This document shows, piece by piece, positions 47,127-58,141 of a stretch of DNA of 64,000 nucleotides (positions are counted from its first letter, which is position 1; the number at the start of each line of letters is the position of its first letter). This DNA is from a phage, in sequence record PZ347775.1, one strand, 5' to 3'. Below the pieces are notes generated by a model. It was not told the DNA's origin. It did no database searches and worked only from the letters and a program-made list of their open reading frames with translations. Both the position numbers and the translations under genes were made by a program.

Positions 47127-47876
47127 ATGGCAAACATTATTCGTTGTAAATTACCAGATGGTGTTCATCGTTTTAAACCATTTACGGTAGAAGATTATCG
47201 AGATTTTTTGTTAGTTCGAAACGATATAGAACATCGGTCACCACAAGAACAAAAAGAAATAATTGCTGATTTAATTGCTGATTATTTTGGAGACTATCCG
47301 AAGACTTGGCAACCATTTATATTTTTGCAGGTATTTGTAGGGTCAATAGGTAAAACTAAAGTACCGGTCACATTTGTATGTCCAAAATGTAAAAAAGAAA
47401 AGACAGTTCCATTTGAAATATATCAAAAAGAATTAAAGGAACCTGTTTTTGATGTAGCTAATGTTAAAATTAAATTAAAGTTTCCTTCTGAGTTTTATGA
47501 AAATAAAGCAAAGATGATTACTGAAAATATTCATTCTGTTCAAGTAGATGAAACATGGTATGATTGGAAGGAAATTAGCGAATCAAGTCAAATAGAACTT
47601 GTTGATGCAATCGAGATAGAAACATTAGAAAAAATTCTCGATGCAATGAATCCTATTAATTTAACATTGCATATGTCGTGTTGTAATAAGTATGTAAAAA
47701 AATACACTGATATAGTAGATGTATTTAAGCTATTAGTTAACCCAGATGAAATATTTACTTTTTATCAAATTAATCACACACTCGTAAAAAGTAATTATAG
47801 CTTAAATTCAATAATGAAAATGATTCCTGCCGAGCGCGGATTCGTATTAAAACTGATTGAGAAGGATAAACAATAA
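47127..47876 (+). CDS. 51: gp51 baseplate hub assembly catalyst (249 aa)
   Basis: Length and order as T4. Confidence 0.9.
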   Translation: MANIIRCKLPDGVHRFKPFTVEDYRDFLLVRNDIEHRSPQEQKEIIADLIADYFGDYPKTWQPFIFLQVFVGSIGKTKVPVTFVCPKCKKEKTVPFEIYQKELKEPVFDVANVKIKLKFPSEFYENKAKMITENIHSVQVDETWYDWKEISESSQIELVDAIEIETLEKILDAMNPINLTLHMSCCNKYVKKYTDIVDVFKLLVNPDEIFTFYQINHTLVKSNYSLNSIMKMIPAERGFVLKLIEKDKQ

Positions 47877-49051
47877 TGAGTATGTTGCAACGCCCAGGAT
47901 ATCCAAATCTCAGCGTTAAATTATTTGATAGCTACGACGCTTGGAGTAATAATAGATTTGTTGAATTAGCTGCTACTATTACCACATTAACTATGCGGGA
48001 TTCTCTTTATGGCCGAAATGAAGGAATGCTGCAGTTTTATGATTCTAAAAATATCCATACAAAAATGGATGGAAATGAAATAATTCAGATTTCTGTAGCT
48101 AATGCAAACGATATTAATAATGTTAAAACACGAATTTATGGATGTAAGCATTTTTCCGTGTCAGTAGATTCAAAGGGTGATAACATCATTGCTATTGAAT
48201 TGGGAACTATTCATTCTATAGAAAATCTTAAATTTGGCAGACCGTTTTTCCCTGATGCAGGTGAATCTATAAAGGAAATGCTTGGCGTCATTTATCAAGA
48301 TCGCACGTTATTAACTCCAGCAATAAATGCTATAAATGCTTATGTTCCTGATATTCCATGGACTAGCACATTTGAAAACTATTTGTCGTATGTTAGAGAA
48401 GTTGCTCTAGCTGTAGGAAGTGACAAATTTGTATTTGTGTGGCAAGACATCATGGGAGTTAACATGATGGACTATGATATGATGATAAATCAAGAACCGT
48501 ATCCAATGATTGTCGGTGAGCCATCTTTAATAGGTCAATTCATCCAAGAATTAAAATATCCATTAGCATATGATTTCGTTTGGTTGACTAAATCGAATCC
48601 TCACAAACGTGACCCAATGAAAAACGCTACTATCTATGCGCATTCATTTTTAGATTCTTCATTGCCAATGATTACTACAGGAAAGGGCGAAAACTCTATT
48701 GTAGTGTCAAGATCAGGTGCTTATTCTGAAATGACTTATAGGAACGGGTATGAAGAAGCTATTCGTCTTCAAACTATGGCACAATACGATGGTTATGCTA
48801 AATGTTCTACTGTCGGTAATTTTAACTTGACACCTGGCGTTAAAATTATTTTTAATGATAGTAAAAACCAATTTAAAACAGAATTTTACGTTGATGAAGT
48901 CATCCATGAATTATCCAATAATAATTCAGTAACTCATCTATATATGTTCACTAATGCAACGAAACTGGAAACAATAGACCCAGTTAAGGTTAAAAATGAA
49001 TTTAAATCTGATACTACCACTGAAGAAAGTAGTTCTTCCAATAAGCAATAA
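47876..49051 (+). CDS. 27: gp27 baseplate hub (391 aa)
   Basis: Length and order as T4. Confidence 0.95.
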   Translation: MSMLQRPGYPNLSVKLFDSYDAWSNNRFVELAATITTLTMRDSLYGRNEGMLQFYDSKNIHTKMDGNEIIQISVANANDINNVKTRIYGCKHFSVSVDSKGDNIIAIELGTIHSIENLKFGRPFFPDAGESIKEMLGVIYQDRTLLTPAINAINAYVPDIPWTSTFENYLSYVREVALAVGSDKFVFVWQDIMGVNMMDYDMMINQEPYPMIVGEPSLIGQFIQELKYPLAYDFVWLTKSNPHKRDPMKNATIYAHSFLDSSLPMITTGKGENSIVVSRSGAYSEMTYRNGYEEAIRLQTMAQYDGYAKCSTVGNFNLTPGVKIIFNDSKNQFKTEFYVDEVIHELSNNNSVTHLYMFTNATKLETIDPVKVKNEFKSDTTTEESSSSNKQ

Positions 49052-49529
49052 AGAAGTTTCTATTCCTAAAATGGGTCTTAAACACTATAACATTTTAAAA
49101 GATGTTAAAGGTCCTGATGAAAATTTAAAACTTTTGATCGATTCTATTTGTCCAAATTTATCACCGGCAGAAGTTGATTTCGTTTCTATTCATTTATTGG
49201 AATTTAATGGAAAGATTAAATCTCGTAAAGAAATAGATGGTTATACTTATGACATTAATGATGTTTATGTATGCCAAAGATTGGAATTTCAATACCAAGG
49301 AAATACATTTTATTTTAGACCGCCTGGAAAATTTGAACAATTTTTAACTGTGAGCGATATGTTATCCAAATGCTTGCTTAAGGTCAATGATGAAGTTAAA
49401 GAAATTAATTTTCTTGAGATGCCAGCATTCGTTTTAAAATGGGCAAATGATATTTTTACAACTTTAGCAATTCCTGGCCCTAATGGTCCAATAACCGGAA
49501 TTGGCAATATTATTGGATTATTTGAATGA
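48996..49529 (+). CDS. 28: gp28 baseplate hub distal subunit (177 aa)
   Basis: Length as T4; overlaps the end of gene 27. Confidence 0.85.
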   Translation: MNLNLILPLKKVVLPISNKEVSIPKMGLKHYNILKDVKGPDENLKLLIDSICPNLSPAEVDFVSIHLLEFNGKIKSRKEIDGYTYDINDVYVCQRLEFQYQGNTFYFRPPGKFEQFLTVSDMLSKCLLKVNDEVKEINFLEMPAFVLKWANDIFTTLAIPGPNGPITGIGNIIGLFE

Positions 49530-51298
49530 AAAAGCCACAAGAAATGCAAACGATGCGTAGAAAAGTTATTTCAGATAATAAACCAACACAGGAAGCGGCT
49601 AAATCCGCTTCTAACACTTTATCTGGACTTAACGATATATCTACGAAATTGGATGATGCTCAAGCTGCTTCTGAATTAATTGCTCAAACTGTCGAAGAAA
49701 AATCGAATGAAATAATTGGAGCAATTGACAACGTAGAAAGCGCAGTGAGTGATACTACTGCCGGTTCTGAGTTAATTGCTGAAACTGTCGAAATTGGCAA
49801 TAATATTAATAAAGAAATCGGTGAATCACTCGGGAGCAAATTAGATAAATTAACAAGTTTACTAGAACAAAAAATTCAGACAGCTGGAATTCAACAGACG
49901 GGAACTAGTTTAGCTACGGTTGAAAGCGCTATTCCTGTTAAAGTTGTTGAGGATGATACAGCTGAATCTGTGGGTCCTTTATTACCGGCTCCTGAAGCAG
50001 TTAATAATGATCCTGATGCTGATTTTTTCCCTACCCCTCAGCCAGTTGAACCTAAACAAGAATCGCCAGAAGAAAAACAGAAAAAAGACGCATTTAACTT
50101 AAAATTATCTCAAGCTTTAGATAAATTAACGAAGACTGTTGATTTTGGATTTAAGAAATCTATTTCAATTACTGATAAAATATCAAGCATGCTATTTAAG
50201 TATACCGTCAGTGCTGCTATTGAAGCTGCTAAAATGACTGCAATGATATTGGCTGTTGTTGTTGGAATAGATCTGCTGATGGTTCACTTTAAATATTGGT
50301 CAGATAAATTTTCGCAGGCTTGGGATTTGTTTAGTTCAAACTTTACTAAATTCTCTAGCGAAACCGGAACATGGGGTCCTTTATTACAGAGCATCTTTAG
50401 TTCTATTGATGAAATTAAAAAATTCTGGGAAGAGGGAGATTGGGGCGGTTTGACGGTAGCTATTGTAGAAGGGCTTGGAAAGGTTCTTTATAATTTAGGT
50501 GAACTTATTCAATTAGGTATGGCTAAATTATCTGCGGCAATTCTTCGAGTCATTCCTGGTATGAAGGATACTGCTGATGAAGTAGAAGGAAGAGCACTAG
50601 AAAATTTCCAAAATTCTACTGGAGCATCTCTCAATAAAGAAGACCAGGAAAAAGTTGCAAATTATCAAGATAAACGAATGAACGGAGACCTTGGTCCGAT
50701 AGCAAAAGGATTAGATAAAATTGCTAATTGGAAAACTCGTGCATCTAACTGGATTCGTGGCGTTGATAATAAAGAAGCACTAACTACCGACGAAGAACGC
50801 GCAGCAGAAGAAGAAAAATTAAAGCAACTTTCACCAGAAGAAAGAAAAAATGCTTTAATGAAGGCTAATGAAGCTCGGGCCGCGATGATTCGTTTTGAAA
50901 AATATGCTGATTCAGCTGATATGAGTAAAGACTCAACGGTTAAATCAGTTGAAGCTGCCTATGAAGACCTTAAAAAACGGATGGATGACCCGGATTTAAA
51001 TAATTCACCGGCAGTTAAAAAAGAACTTGCTGCTAGATTTTCTAAAATTGATGCTACTTATCAAGAGCTCAAGAAAAATCAGCCTAATGCCAAACCTGAA
51101 ACTTCTGCTAAATCGCCAGAAGCAAAACAAGTCCAGGTAATAGAAAAGAACAAAGCACAGCAAGCTCCTGTTCAACAAGCATCTCCTTCGATCAATAATA
51201 CTAATAACGTTGTTAAGAAAAATACTGTCGTTCATAATATGACACCCGTAACGAGCACGACTGCTCCTGGTGTATTTGATGCGACTGGAGTTAATTAA
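49526..51298 (+). CDS. 29: gp29 tail length tape measure / hub (590 aa)
   Basis: Length and order as T4. Confidence 0.95.
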   Translation: MKKPQEMQTMRRKVISDNKPTQEAAKSASNTLSGLNDISTKLDDAQAASELIAQTVEEKSNEIIGAIDNVESAVSDTTAGSELIAETVEIGNNINKEIGESLGSKLDKLTSLLEQKIQTAGIQQTGTSLATVESAIPVKVVEDDTAESVGPLLPAPEAVNNDPDADFFPTPQPVEPKQESPEEKQKKDAFNLKLSQALDKLTKTVDFGFKKSISITDKISSMLFKYTVSAAIEAAKMTAMILAVVVGIDLLMVHFKYWSDKFSQAWDLFSSNFTKFSSETGTWGPLLQSIFSSIDEIKKFWEEGDWGGLTVAIVEGLGKVLYNLGELIQLGMAKLSAAILRVIPGMKDTADEVEGRALENFQNSTGASLNKEDQEKVANYQDKRMNGDLGPIAKGLDKIANWKTRASNWIRGVDNKEALTTDEERAAEEEKLKQLSPEERKNALMKANEARAAMIRFEKYADSADMSKDSTVKSVEAAYEDLKKRMDDPDLNNSPAVKKELAARFSKIDATYQELKKNQPNAKPETSAKSPEAKQVQVIEKNKAQQAPVQQASPSINNTNNVVKKNTVVHNMTPVTSTTAPGVFDATGVN

Positions 51299-51306
51299 GG
51301 AATAAT

Positions 51307-52401
51307 ATGGCAATTGTTAAAGAAATAACTGCTGATTTAATTAAAAAGTCCGGTGAGAAAATTTCAGCCGGACAGAGTACTAAATCAGAAGTAGCAACTA
51401 AAACATACACTGCCCAGTTTCCAACTGGGCGTGCTAGTGGTAATGACACTACAGGGGACTTCCAGGTAACAGATCTATATAAGAATGGATTATTATTTAC
51501 TGCATACAATATGTCATCTAGGGATTCTGGAAGTCTTAGATCGATGAGATCTAACTACTCTTCTTCATCTTCGAGTATTTTAAGTACAGCTAGAAACACT
51601 ATTAGTAGTACAGTATCAAAACTATCAAATGGATTAATATCAAACAATAATTCAGGAACAATAAGTAAAGCTCCTGTGGCAAATATTCTTTTACCGAGAT
51701 CTAAATCTGATGTTGATACATCATCACATAGATTTAATGATGTTCAAGAAAGTCTTATCAGCAGAGGCGGAGGTACTGCTACTGGTGTGTTAAGTAATAT
51801 TGCTTCAACTGCAGTATTTGGGGCACTGGAAAGTATAACACAAGGTATAATGGCTGATAATAATGAACAGATTTATACGACAGCCAGAAGTATGTATGGT
51901 GGTGCTGAGAATAGAACTAAAGTGTTTACATGGGATTTGACTCCACGTTCAACAGAAGATTTGATGGCTATTATTAATATCTATCAATATTTTAACTATT
52001 TTTCTTATGGTGAAACGGGCAAATCTCAATATGCTGCTGAAATAAAGGGGTATTTAGATGATTGGTATCGTTCTACATTAATTGAACCTTTATCTCCGGA
52101 AGACGCAGCTAAAAATAAAACACTATTTGAGAAAATGACATCGAGTTTAACTAACGTTCTAGTAGTTTCAAACCCGACAATTTGGATGGTGAAAAACTTT
52201 GGTGCAACATCTAAGTTTGATGGAAAAACGGAAATATTTGGCCCATGCCAAATACAGAGCATCAGATTTGATAAAACACCTAATGGTAACTTTAACGGAT
52301 TAGCTATTGCTCCAAACCTCCCTAGTACATTTACTCTTGAGATTACTATGAGAGAAATTATCACGTTAAACCGTGCTTCTTTATATGCGGGGACTTTTTA
52401 A
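51307..52401 (+). CDS. 48: gp48 baseplate tail-tube cap (364 aa)
   Basis: Length and order as T4. Confidence 0.95.
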   Translation: MAIVKEITADLIKKSGEKISAGQSTKSEVATKTYTAQFPTGRASGNDTTGDFQVTDLYKNGLLFTAYNMSSRDSGSLRSMRSNYSSSSSSILSTARNTISSTVSKLSNGLISNNNSGTISKAPVANILLPRSKSDVDTSSHRFNDVQESLISRGGGTATGVLSNIASTAVFGALESITQGIMADNNEQIYTTARSMYGGAENRTKVFTWDLTPRSTEDLMAIINIYQYFNYFSYGETGKSQYAAEIKGYLDDWYRSTLIEPLSPEDAAKNKTLFEKMTSSLTNVLVVSNPTIWMVKNFGATSKFDGKTEIFGPCQIQSIRFDKTPNGNFNGLAIAPNLPSTFTLEITMREIITLNRASLYAGTF

Positions 52402-53366
52402 TGTATTCTTTAGAGGAATTTAATAATCAAGCAATAAACGCAGATTTCCAACGTAATAATATGTTTAGCTGCGTTTTTGCGACAACTCCATCAACTAAAA
52501 GCTCTTCGTTGATAAGTTCAATTAGCAACTTTTCTTATAATAACTTGGGTCTAAATTCAGATTGGTTAGGATTGACTCAAGGCGATATTAATCAGGGAAT
52601 TACCACGCTAATTACTGCTGGCACACAAAAACTGATAAGAAAATCAGGGGTTAGTAAATATCTTATTGGTGCCATGAGTCAACGTACAGTTCAAAGTTTA
52701 TTGGGCTCATTTACAGTTGGTACATATTTAATTGACTTCTTTAACATGGCATATAACTCATCTGGATTGATGATATATTCCGTAAAAATGCCAGAGAATA
52801 GATTATCCTATGAAACTGACTGGAACTATAATTCTCCTAATATTCGTATAACTGGGAGAGAATTAGACCCTTTGGTTATTTCATTTAGGATGGATTCAGA
52901 AGCTTGTAACTATCGTGCAATGCAAGACTGGGTTAATGCTGTTCAAGACCCAGTAACTGGACTGCGTGCTTTGCCGCAAGATGTCGAGGCAGATATTCAG
53001 GTTAATCTTCATGCTCGTAATGGATTACCTCATACTGCGGTGATGTTCACCGGATGCATTCCAGTGTCAGTGAGTGCTCCTGAGTTATCATATGATGGAG
53101 ATAACCAAATAACTACATTTGATGTTACTTTTGCGTATAGAGTCATGCAGGCTGGGTCAGTTGATAGACAAGCTGCGCTTGAATGGCTTGAATCTGCTGC
53201 TATAAATGGCATTCAAAGCGTTCTCGGAAATAGTGGAGGTGTTACTGGATTATCTAATTCGCTTTCACGACTTAGTAGATTAGGAGGAACTGCGGGAAGC
53301 ATTTCAAACATTAATACTATGACGGGAATTGTCAACTCGCAAAGTAAAATATTAGGAGCAATATAA
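52401..53366 (+). CDS. 54: gp54 baseplate tail-tube initiator (321 aa)
   Basis: Length and order as T4. Confidence 0.95.
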   Translation: MYSLEEFNNQAINADFQRNNMFSCVFATTPSTKSSSLISSISNFSYNNLGLNSDWLGLTQGDINQGITTLITAGTQKLIRKSGVSKYLIGAMSQRTVQSLLGSFTVGTYLIDFFNMAYNSSGLMIYSVKMPENRLSYETDWNYNSPNIRITGRELDPLVISFRMDSEACNYRAMQDWVNAVQDPVTGLRALPQDVEADIQVNLHARNGLPHTAVMFTGCIPVSVSAPELSYDGDNQITTFDVTFAYRVMQAGSVDRQAALEWLESAAINGIQSVLGNSGGVTGLSNSLSRLSRLGGTAGSISNINTMTGIVNSQSKILGAI

Positions 53367-53370
53367 CAAT

Positions 53371-53400
53371 GGGGACCGAAAGGTCCCCATATTTTTATTT
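53371..53400. terminator. terminator hairpin (GGGGACCGAAAGGTCCCC plus T-run) between gene 54 and the convergent alt-region operon
   Basis: Perfect 7-bp GC stem and T-run. Confidence 0.55.
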
Positions 53401-53685
53401 ACGGAATGAAATAAAAGCAGCAACTGAAGCAACTAAACTGTCTTCAATATAAACTTCAATTTTTACTGGAGCTTCTGACTCAAATTTACCTGTTACTACA
53501 CCTTGGAAAATACTTTCAGTCTGTTCTGGCTTTGAAAAATTTTCAGAAGGAAAAATTCCGAACTTTTTATCTGTTCCAAAAATTTTGATAAATTCATCAT
53601 AAACTGCTTCATTAAAAGCATTATCAGCAGGAATAACGCCTTCAACTACAAGTTCTTGACCTAAAAAGCGCAAAGAAGATTTCAT
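53395..53685 (-). CDS. hypothetical small protein (96 aa) at the distal end of the alt operon
   Basis: ORF with its own early-type promoter at 53717-53746. Confidence 0.6.
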   Translation of the reverse strand: MKSSLRFLGQELVVEGVIPADNAFNEAVYDEFIKIFGTDKKFGIFPSENFSKPEQTESIFQGVVTGKFESEAPVKIEVYIEDSLVASVAAFISFRK

Positions 53686-53716
53686 TTTATGTTCCTCATG
53701 TTATGTCAGTAAAACT

Positions 53717-53746
53717 ACTATAACACAACACGAGGGACTTGTAAAC
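53717..53746 (-). promoter_or_regulatory. T4 early-type promoter (TTTACA, 17 bp, TATAGT)
   Basis: Minus strand hexamers with 17-bp spacer, overlapping the end of the Alt-like gene. Confidence 0.5.
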
Positions 53747-55803
53747 TACATCTTGAACTTTTTAGACATTCCGTTGATGTTAACCAAAGAAGCCAAGATT
53801 TGAGAAACTTCGTTTTCCTCTTCTTTTGATTCTTCTACAAGGAATTGATTAAACCCAGCCATTGGACGAACTTCACCAGTTTCCATCAGATGATCGCCAT
53901 CATATACCGATTCTTCTAATTGTTCAGAAGGAGGAACGATTGTGCCTTCGATTAGATACTTGTTATAAGCAGTTTCTTTCATCATGTACGTGCTTACTTT
54001 ATTAATCTTCAACAAAATTCCACGCGGTAAAATAACTTCAGCTTCTGATGGAAATCCTGATAAATGACCTGGAACGATAACTTTAATTCGCTCAGCTCCT
54101 TTTATTACCATACCTACGCTAGTTTCAGCATCTTCATTAGCATATGCAGAATGACTACCCATATGCATTAAATCTTCAGCATCAACAGAACCTTCTCCTT
54201 CACCAGAAAATACTGCACTGGAATCATCTAGAGCCATATAGTTTTTACCATGCTCACCGAAGATATTTGGTTTAAGCGATGTTGATACGAAGTTCTTGAA
54301 ATAGAACATTTTATTTTCAATATTATGGCGTAAAGTTTTAAAGGTAACTTCTTGTCCACGATAAAGCGTAGTTCCTGGAGGAAGAACTGAACCTTTAGCG
54401 AATGCAGAATCCATTGTCTCGATGTGTTTAATAGCTCGTTCCATGTATTCTTCACGGGTAGAATCTGGTTTACCCAAGAGGAACGAGTTCATTTCAACAT
54501 ATGAATCTGCACAATAATCTTCAATTACATCAGACTCAGCCTGAGTCAGTCCTTTTGGAGTTACTTCGGTGCTTGCGTATTCATATGCCTGAGCAGCAGA
54601 TTCATTAATCAATTTATAAATGCCATTCATGACAAATTGAATAATAGCTACTTTTTCGTCTGGCGTGGCTTTAGAACCTTTAACTAAATCATTGATAATT
54701 TTCTTAATAACATCAAAGCTATTAGAAATATTAATGTCAGCGAGATCGCTCAAAATTTTATCGGTTTTATAATCAAAAAATTCTTTATTCTTTAAATATT
54801 CTTGAGAACCTTGATGTGTTATATCGCTCTGCAGTCTGATAGACGGATCACGTAAACGTGCATGGGCCAATGCAATATGATTTCGGAAGCTTTCTAGTTC
54901 ATAATCGTTAGATTTAAAACGAGAAGCACTTCTCATACCACCGATAGCTCCTTTGCCGAAGTTTGAACCAATCTGAATAACACCAGAGTTCATTGGTCCT
55001 TCTGCTTTATATACCGGAACTTTAGATTCAAACTCTTGATATTTCTTGGCAGCGAAGCTATCGCCTTGAAGTGAAGCATCGACAGTAGAGTATTGAGCTT
55101 GTGCTGCTAATCGACGACTAATTTTAGTTTTCTGAATAACAGCTTGATCCGTGCGCTTATCATTTTCTAAAGCAATAGAAGCGGCAACAGCAACAGCTTT
55201 AGGAACAGCATTACCTGTTTTAACGTCTACATAAACATCACCAACCTTTGATTCAACTTTTGTGAATAACTCAGTTGAAATAGGAGGTACACCTGGAATG
55301 TCTTCTAAATTGGCATTTTTACGGTAAACCATAATATATGCATACTTTTTATCATAATCCCAGATTTCCTTTAAAAGAACATATCGACCTGCTCCTTTAG
55401 TACGTACTAAACGGTCAGCAATAACTTGCATTTGACGAGCTGCGCCATTTGTTTTACTTTTTAGTACGCGGAATAGGCATGCGTCAATTTTATACTGTTT
55501 CATTGTTTGAAGAGCAGTATCAAAAACCGCATTAATAACACCAATTGGATTTCCACCCAAGTTTTTAAGTTTAACTAATGATAATTTCTCATTAACACCT
55601 ATCATTACGATATGCATCATTTTATCGCCTGGCTTAACGTTTTTATTTGTATCACCGCCAGAGGTGTATGTACAAAATCTAAATCCAGGAAGCACACTTT
55701 CTTCACCGGCTTGAATAGCAAAAATTTGAGGTATTTTATGCTTAGGATTTAAGTTAACAACCGGCGCCGAAGCGCCGTCAAATAATTCTGTAATAAGTTC
55801 CAT
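53746..55803 (-). CDS. Alt-like ADP-ribosyltransferase, paralog A (685 aa)
   Basis: N-terminus MELITELFDG; R-S-ExE motifs (LYRGQ, FVSTSL, EAEVILPRG); N-terminal third closely similar to paralog B, middle third diverged. Confidence 0.85.
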   Translation of the reverse strand: MELITELFDGASAPVVNLNPKHKIPQIFAIQAGEESVLPGFRFCTYTSGGDTNKNVKPGDKMMHIVMIGVNEKLSLVKLKNLGGNPIGVINAVFDTALQTMKQYKIDACLFRVLKSKTNGAARQMQVIADRLVRTKGAGRYVLLKEIWDYDKKYAYIMVYRKNANLEDIPGVPPISTELFTKVESKVGDVYVDVKTGNAVPKAVAVAASIALENDKRTDQAVIQKTKISRRLAAQAQYSTVDASLQGDSFAAKKYQEFESKVPVYKAEGPMNSGVIQIGSNFGKGAIGGMRSASRFKSNDYELESFRNHIALAHARLRDPSIRLQSDITHQGSQEYLKNKEFFDYKTDKILSDLADINISNSFDVIKKIINDLVKGSKATPDEKVAIIQFVMNGIYKLINESAAQAYEYASTEVTPKGLTQAESDVIEDYCADSYVEMNSFLLGKPDSTREEYMERAIKHIETMDSAFAKGSVLPPGTTLYRGQEVTFKTLRHNIENKMFYFKNFVSTSLKPNIFGEHGKNYMALDDSSAVFSGEGEGSVDAEDLMHMGSHSAYANEDAETSVGMVIKGAERIKVIVPGHLSGFPSEAEVILPRGILLKINKVSTYMMKETAYNKYLIEGTIVPPSEQLEESVYDGDHLMETGEVRPMAGFNQFLVEESKEEENEVSQILASLVNINGMSKKFKM

Positions 55804-55806
55804 GAT

Positions 55807-57903
55807 TTATCCTTGAACGAACTTGTAAGGCATGTTTGTAATATCTATGCAAGACGCAATAATTCCAAGAGATGATTCTACTTTTTGTTTAACATTTGAT
55901 GAAACAAATGATGCAAAGTCAACTCTGTCTTCTATTTCAATATCACCTGTCATTGCAACTACTTCACCAGTTTCCATTAGACGGTCACCGTCATAAATGA
56001 CTGATTCGGTGAGTTCTTCCGTAGTCATAACTTCAGCTTGAATGAGTTTTGTATTATTAGATGTTGTTCCGTCGTTATTAGAAGCATCAGTTATTTTATT
56101 AACTTTGACCATCAATCCGCGTGGTAGAATAACTTCAGCTTCTGTTGCTATTCCGAGACTTCCTGGATATACAACATTAACTTTATGAGCTCCATCAATT
56201 GCCCATCCTATTTGAACTTTAACGTATTCAGGATTTTCTTTATACGCTCTTATTTCGTTTGGATTAATAGTTATTCCTTCTTCATTTTTATCAACTGTTA
56301 ATTCATTACGAGCTTCTGGTTCTAAAAGACCAATACCAGCATGTGTAATTCCAAAACGTCCAAAAATGATAGGAGTTAAAGAAGTAGATACAAAATTTCT
56401 GAAATAGAACACTTTATTTTTAACTAGTGCTTCGTATATAGGAGCAGTCATACTTTGTGCACGATAAACTGTAATGCCTTCCGGTATACGGTCACCATTT
56501 TCAAAAGCTGAATCTAAGTTATTTATAGCAGATTCAATTTCTTTTTCACTCATTACATCATATCGTTCTGGATTGTAGCGTCCTAAAAGAAGATTATTGA
56601 TGTCAGTATATCCTGAACCACAATACTCTCTAATGCCGCGCTTTTGTGATGGAGTATATTTAGAACCATCACGGGCAATAGTAATATCAATCATTGGACC
56701 TGCACCAATTCCAGAAAAGCTATAAATCATTCGTTTGAGGAATTTAGTTTTTGCTGCGTTCCAGGAATTTTTAGTTATTTCTTCCCAGACTTCATCTGGC
56801 TGTCCTTTACGGGTTTTATTATGTTTATCAAGCCAAGTATCTTTATATTCTTCAAAGAATTTATTAATAGCTGCTGCATACTTCTCTAAACATTTTATTG
56901 AAGTAGTTGGTTCATTTTTGATCGCATTAAGAATTACATCTTTAATTTTTTCAGAAACTTCATTAACCTCACTTTTTGAAAAGAATTTATAATCATAGTG
57001 AAGTTCATCTGCAGTTCCTTCGGCAATAATTTTTGCTGCCTTAGTTTTAGAAGCCAATGAATTAATTCCAAGTTTCATTTCTTCTGCTTCGGGAATTAAA
57101 GGAGCGGTAGCAGGTTTATTGAAATTAGCTGCGGTAGATTCATACTTCTGGAATAATTCACTTTCAAATCTAGAAGATTCCAATGACTGACTTTGTGCAA
57201 TTGCTCTACGGGAAATTTTAACTTTAACGATTACAGCTTGGTCAGAACGTTTATCATTTTCTTGCGCAATAGATGCAGCAATTGCCTCATTTTTAGTTAC
57301 TTGAGCTCCAGTATCTTTATTGATATAAACATCACCGACCTTCGATTCAACTTTAGTAAAGAGCTCGGTGCTAATTTCCGGAACTCCTGGAATGTCTTCT
57401 AGTGATACATTTTTGCGATGTATAAGAATATATGCATACTTTTTATCGTAATCCCAGAGTTCCTTAAGAAGGACGTATCTGCCACCCGAACGACTACGGA
57501 TAAGTCTATCAGCAATAACTTGAATTTGTCGAGCTTGACCAGCAGTTTTAGACTTAAGAATACGGAGCATACAGGCATCAATTTTATACTGACGCATCGT
57601 CTGCATTGCAACAGTAAAAACTGAATTGATGTAATTAATTGGGCTTGGACCGAGACCTTTCAATTTAGCAATTGAACCTTTAGCAGTTAATGTAAAAGGA
57701 ACAATATGCATCATTTTATCGCCCATTTTTAAATCGCGATTAGTATCACCTCCAGATGTATAGGTACATAAACGAAAGCCTGGTTGTTCAATTGCGTCAT
57801 CAACATGAACTGAAAAAATTTGCGGTATTTTCTTCTTTGGATTTAAGTTTGTAATCGGAAGAGTAGTATCTTCGTCAAATAATTCTGTAATAAGTTCCAT
57901 CAT
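55807..57903 (-). CDS. alt: Alt ADP-ribosyltransferase, paralog B (698 aa), the copy nearest gene 30
   Basis: N-terminus M-MELITELFDED; R-S-ExE motifs (VYRAQ, FVSTSL, EAEVILPRG); late promoter and SD upstream. Confidence 0.9.
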   Translation of the reverse strand: MMELITELFDEDTTLPITNLNPKKKIPQIFSVHVDDAIEQPGFRLCTYTSGGDTNRDLKMGDKMMHIVPFTLTAKGSIAKLKGLGPSPINYINSVFTVAMQTMRQYKIDACMLRILKSKTAGQARQIQVIADRLIRSRSGGRYVLLKELWDYDKKYAYILIHRKNVSLEDIPGVPEISTELFTKVESKVGDVYINKDTGAQVTKNEAIAASIAQENDKRSDQAVIVKVKISRRAIAQSQSLESSRFESELFQKYESTAANFNKPATAPLIPEAEEMKLGINSLASKTKAAKIIAEGTADELHYDYKFFSKSEVNEVSEKIKDVILNAIKNEPTTSIKCLEKYAAAINKFFEEYKDTWLDKHNKTRKGQPDEVWEEITKNSWNAAKTKFLKRMIYSFSGIGAGPMIDITIARDGSKYTPSQKRGIREYCGSGYTDINNLLLGRYNPERYDVMSEKEIESAINNLDSAFENGDRIPEGITVYRAQSMTAPIYEALVKNKVFYFRNFVSTSLTPIIFGRFGITHAGIGLLEPEARNELTVDKNEEGITINPNEIRAYKENPEYVKVQIGWAIDGAHKVNVVYPGSLGIATEAEVILPRGLMVKVNKITDASNNDGTTSNNTKLIQAEVMTTEELTESVIYDGDRLMETGEVVAMTGDIEIEDRVDFASFVSSNVKQKVESSLGIIASCIDITNMPYKFVQG

Positions 57904-57923
57904 ATCCTCTCTAGTGTTTATTC

Positions 57924-57931
57924 TATTTATA
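57924..57931 (-). promoter_or_regulatory. T4 late promoter TATAAATA upstream of alt
   Basis: Exact motif on minus strand about 20 nt upstream of the alt start. Confidence 0.5.
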
Positions 57932-57937
57932 AAATTA

Positions 57938-57955
57938 AAGGCCCGAAGGCCTTTA
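57938..57955 (-). terminator. stem-loop AAAGGCCCGAAGGCCTTT between the 62-aa ORF and alt
   Basis: Perfect hairpin immediately upstream of the late promoter. Confidence 0.4.
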
Positions 57956-58141
57956 ATAATCTAATGGTAAGAGAGTACGGTATATTTCAAACTTCGGACC
58001 TTTTTCATAGGCATCAAATGTTTCTGTAAATTTATTATAAGCATATGCATCTACAAATTCGAGAATGACTTGTGATACAGAAGTAGAAACATCTCCACCT
58101 TCTTTTTGAGCAATGACAATTGTTTCTAAGTAAGCTTTCAT
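57953..58141 (-). CDS. hypothetical small protein (62 aa) between DNA ligase and alt
   Basis: ORF overlapping the ligase stop by 4 nt (translational coupling). Confidence 0.5.
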   Translation of the reverse strand: MKAYLETIVIAQKEGGDVSTSVSQVILEFVDAYAYNKFTETFDAYEKGPKFEIYRTLLPLDY

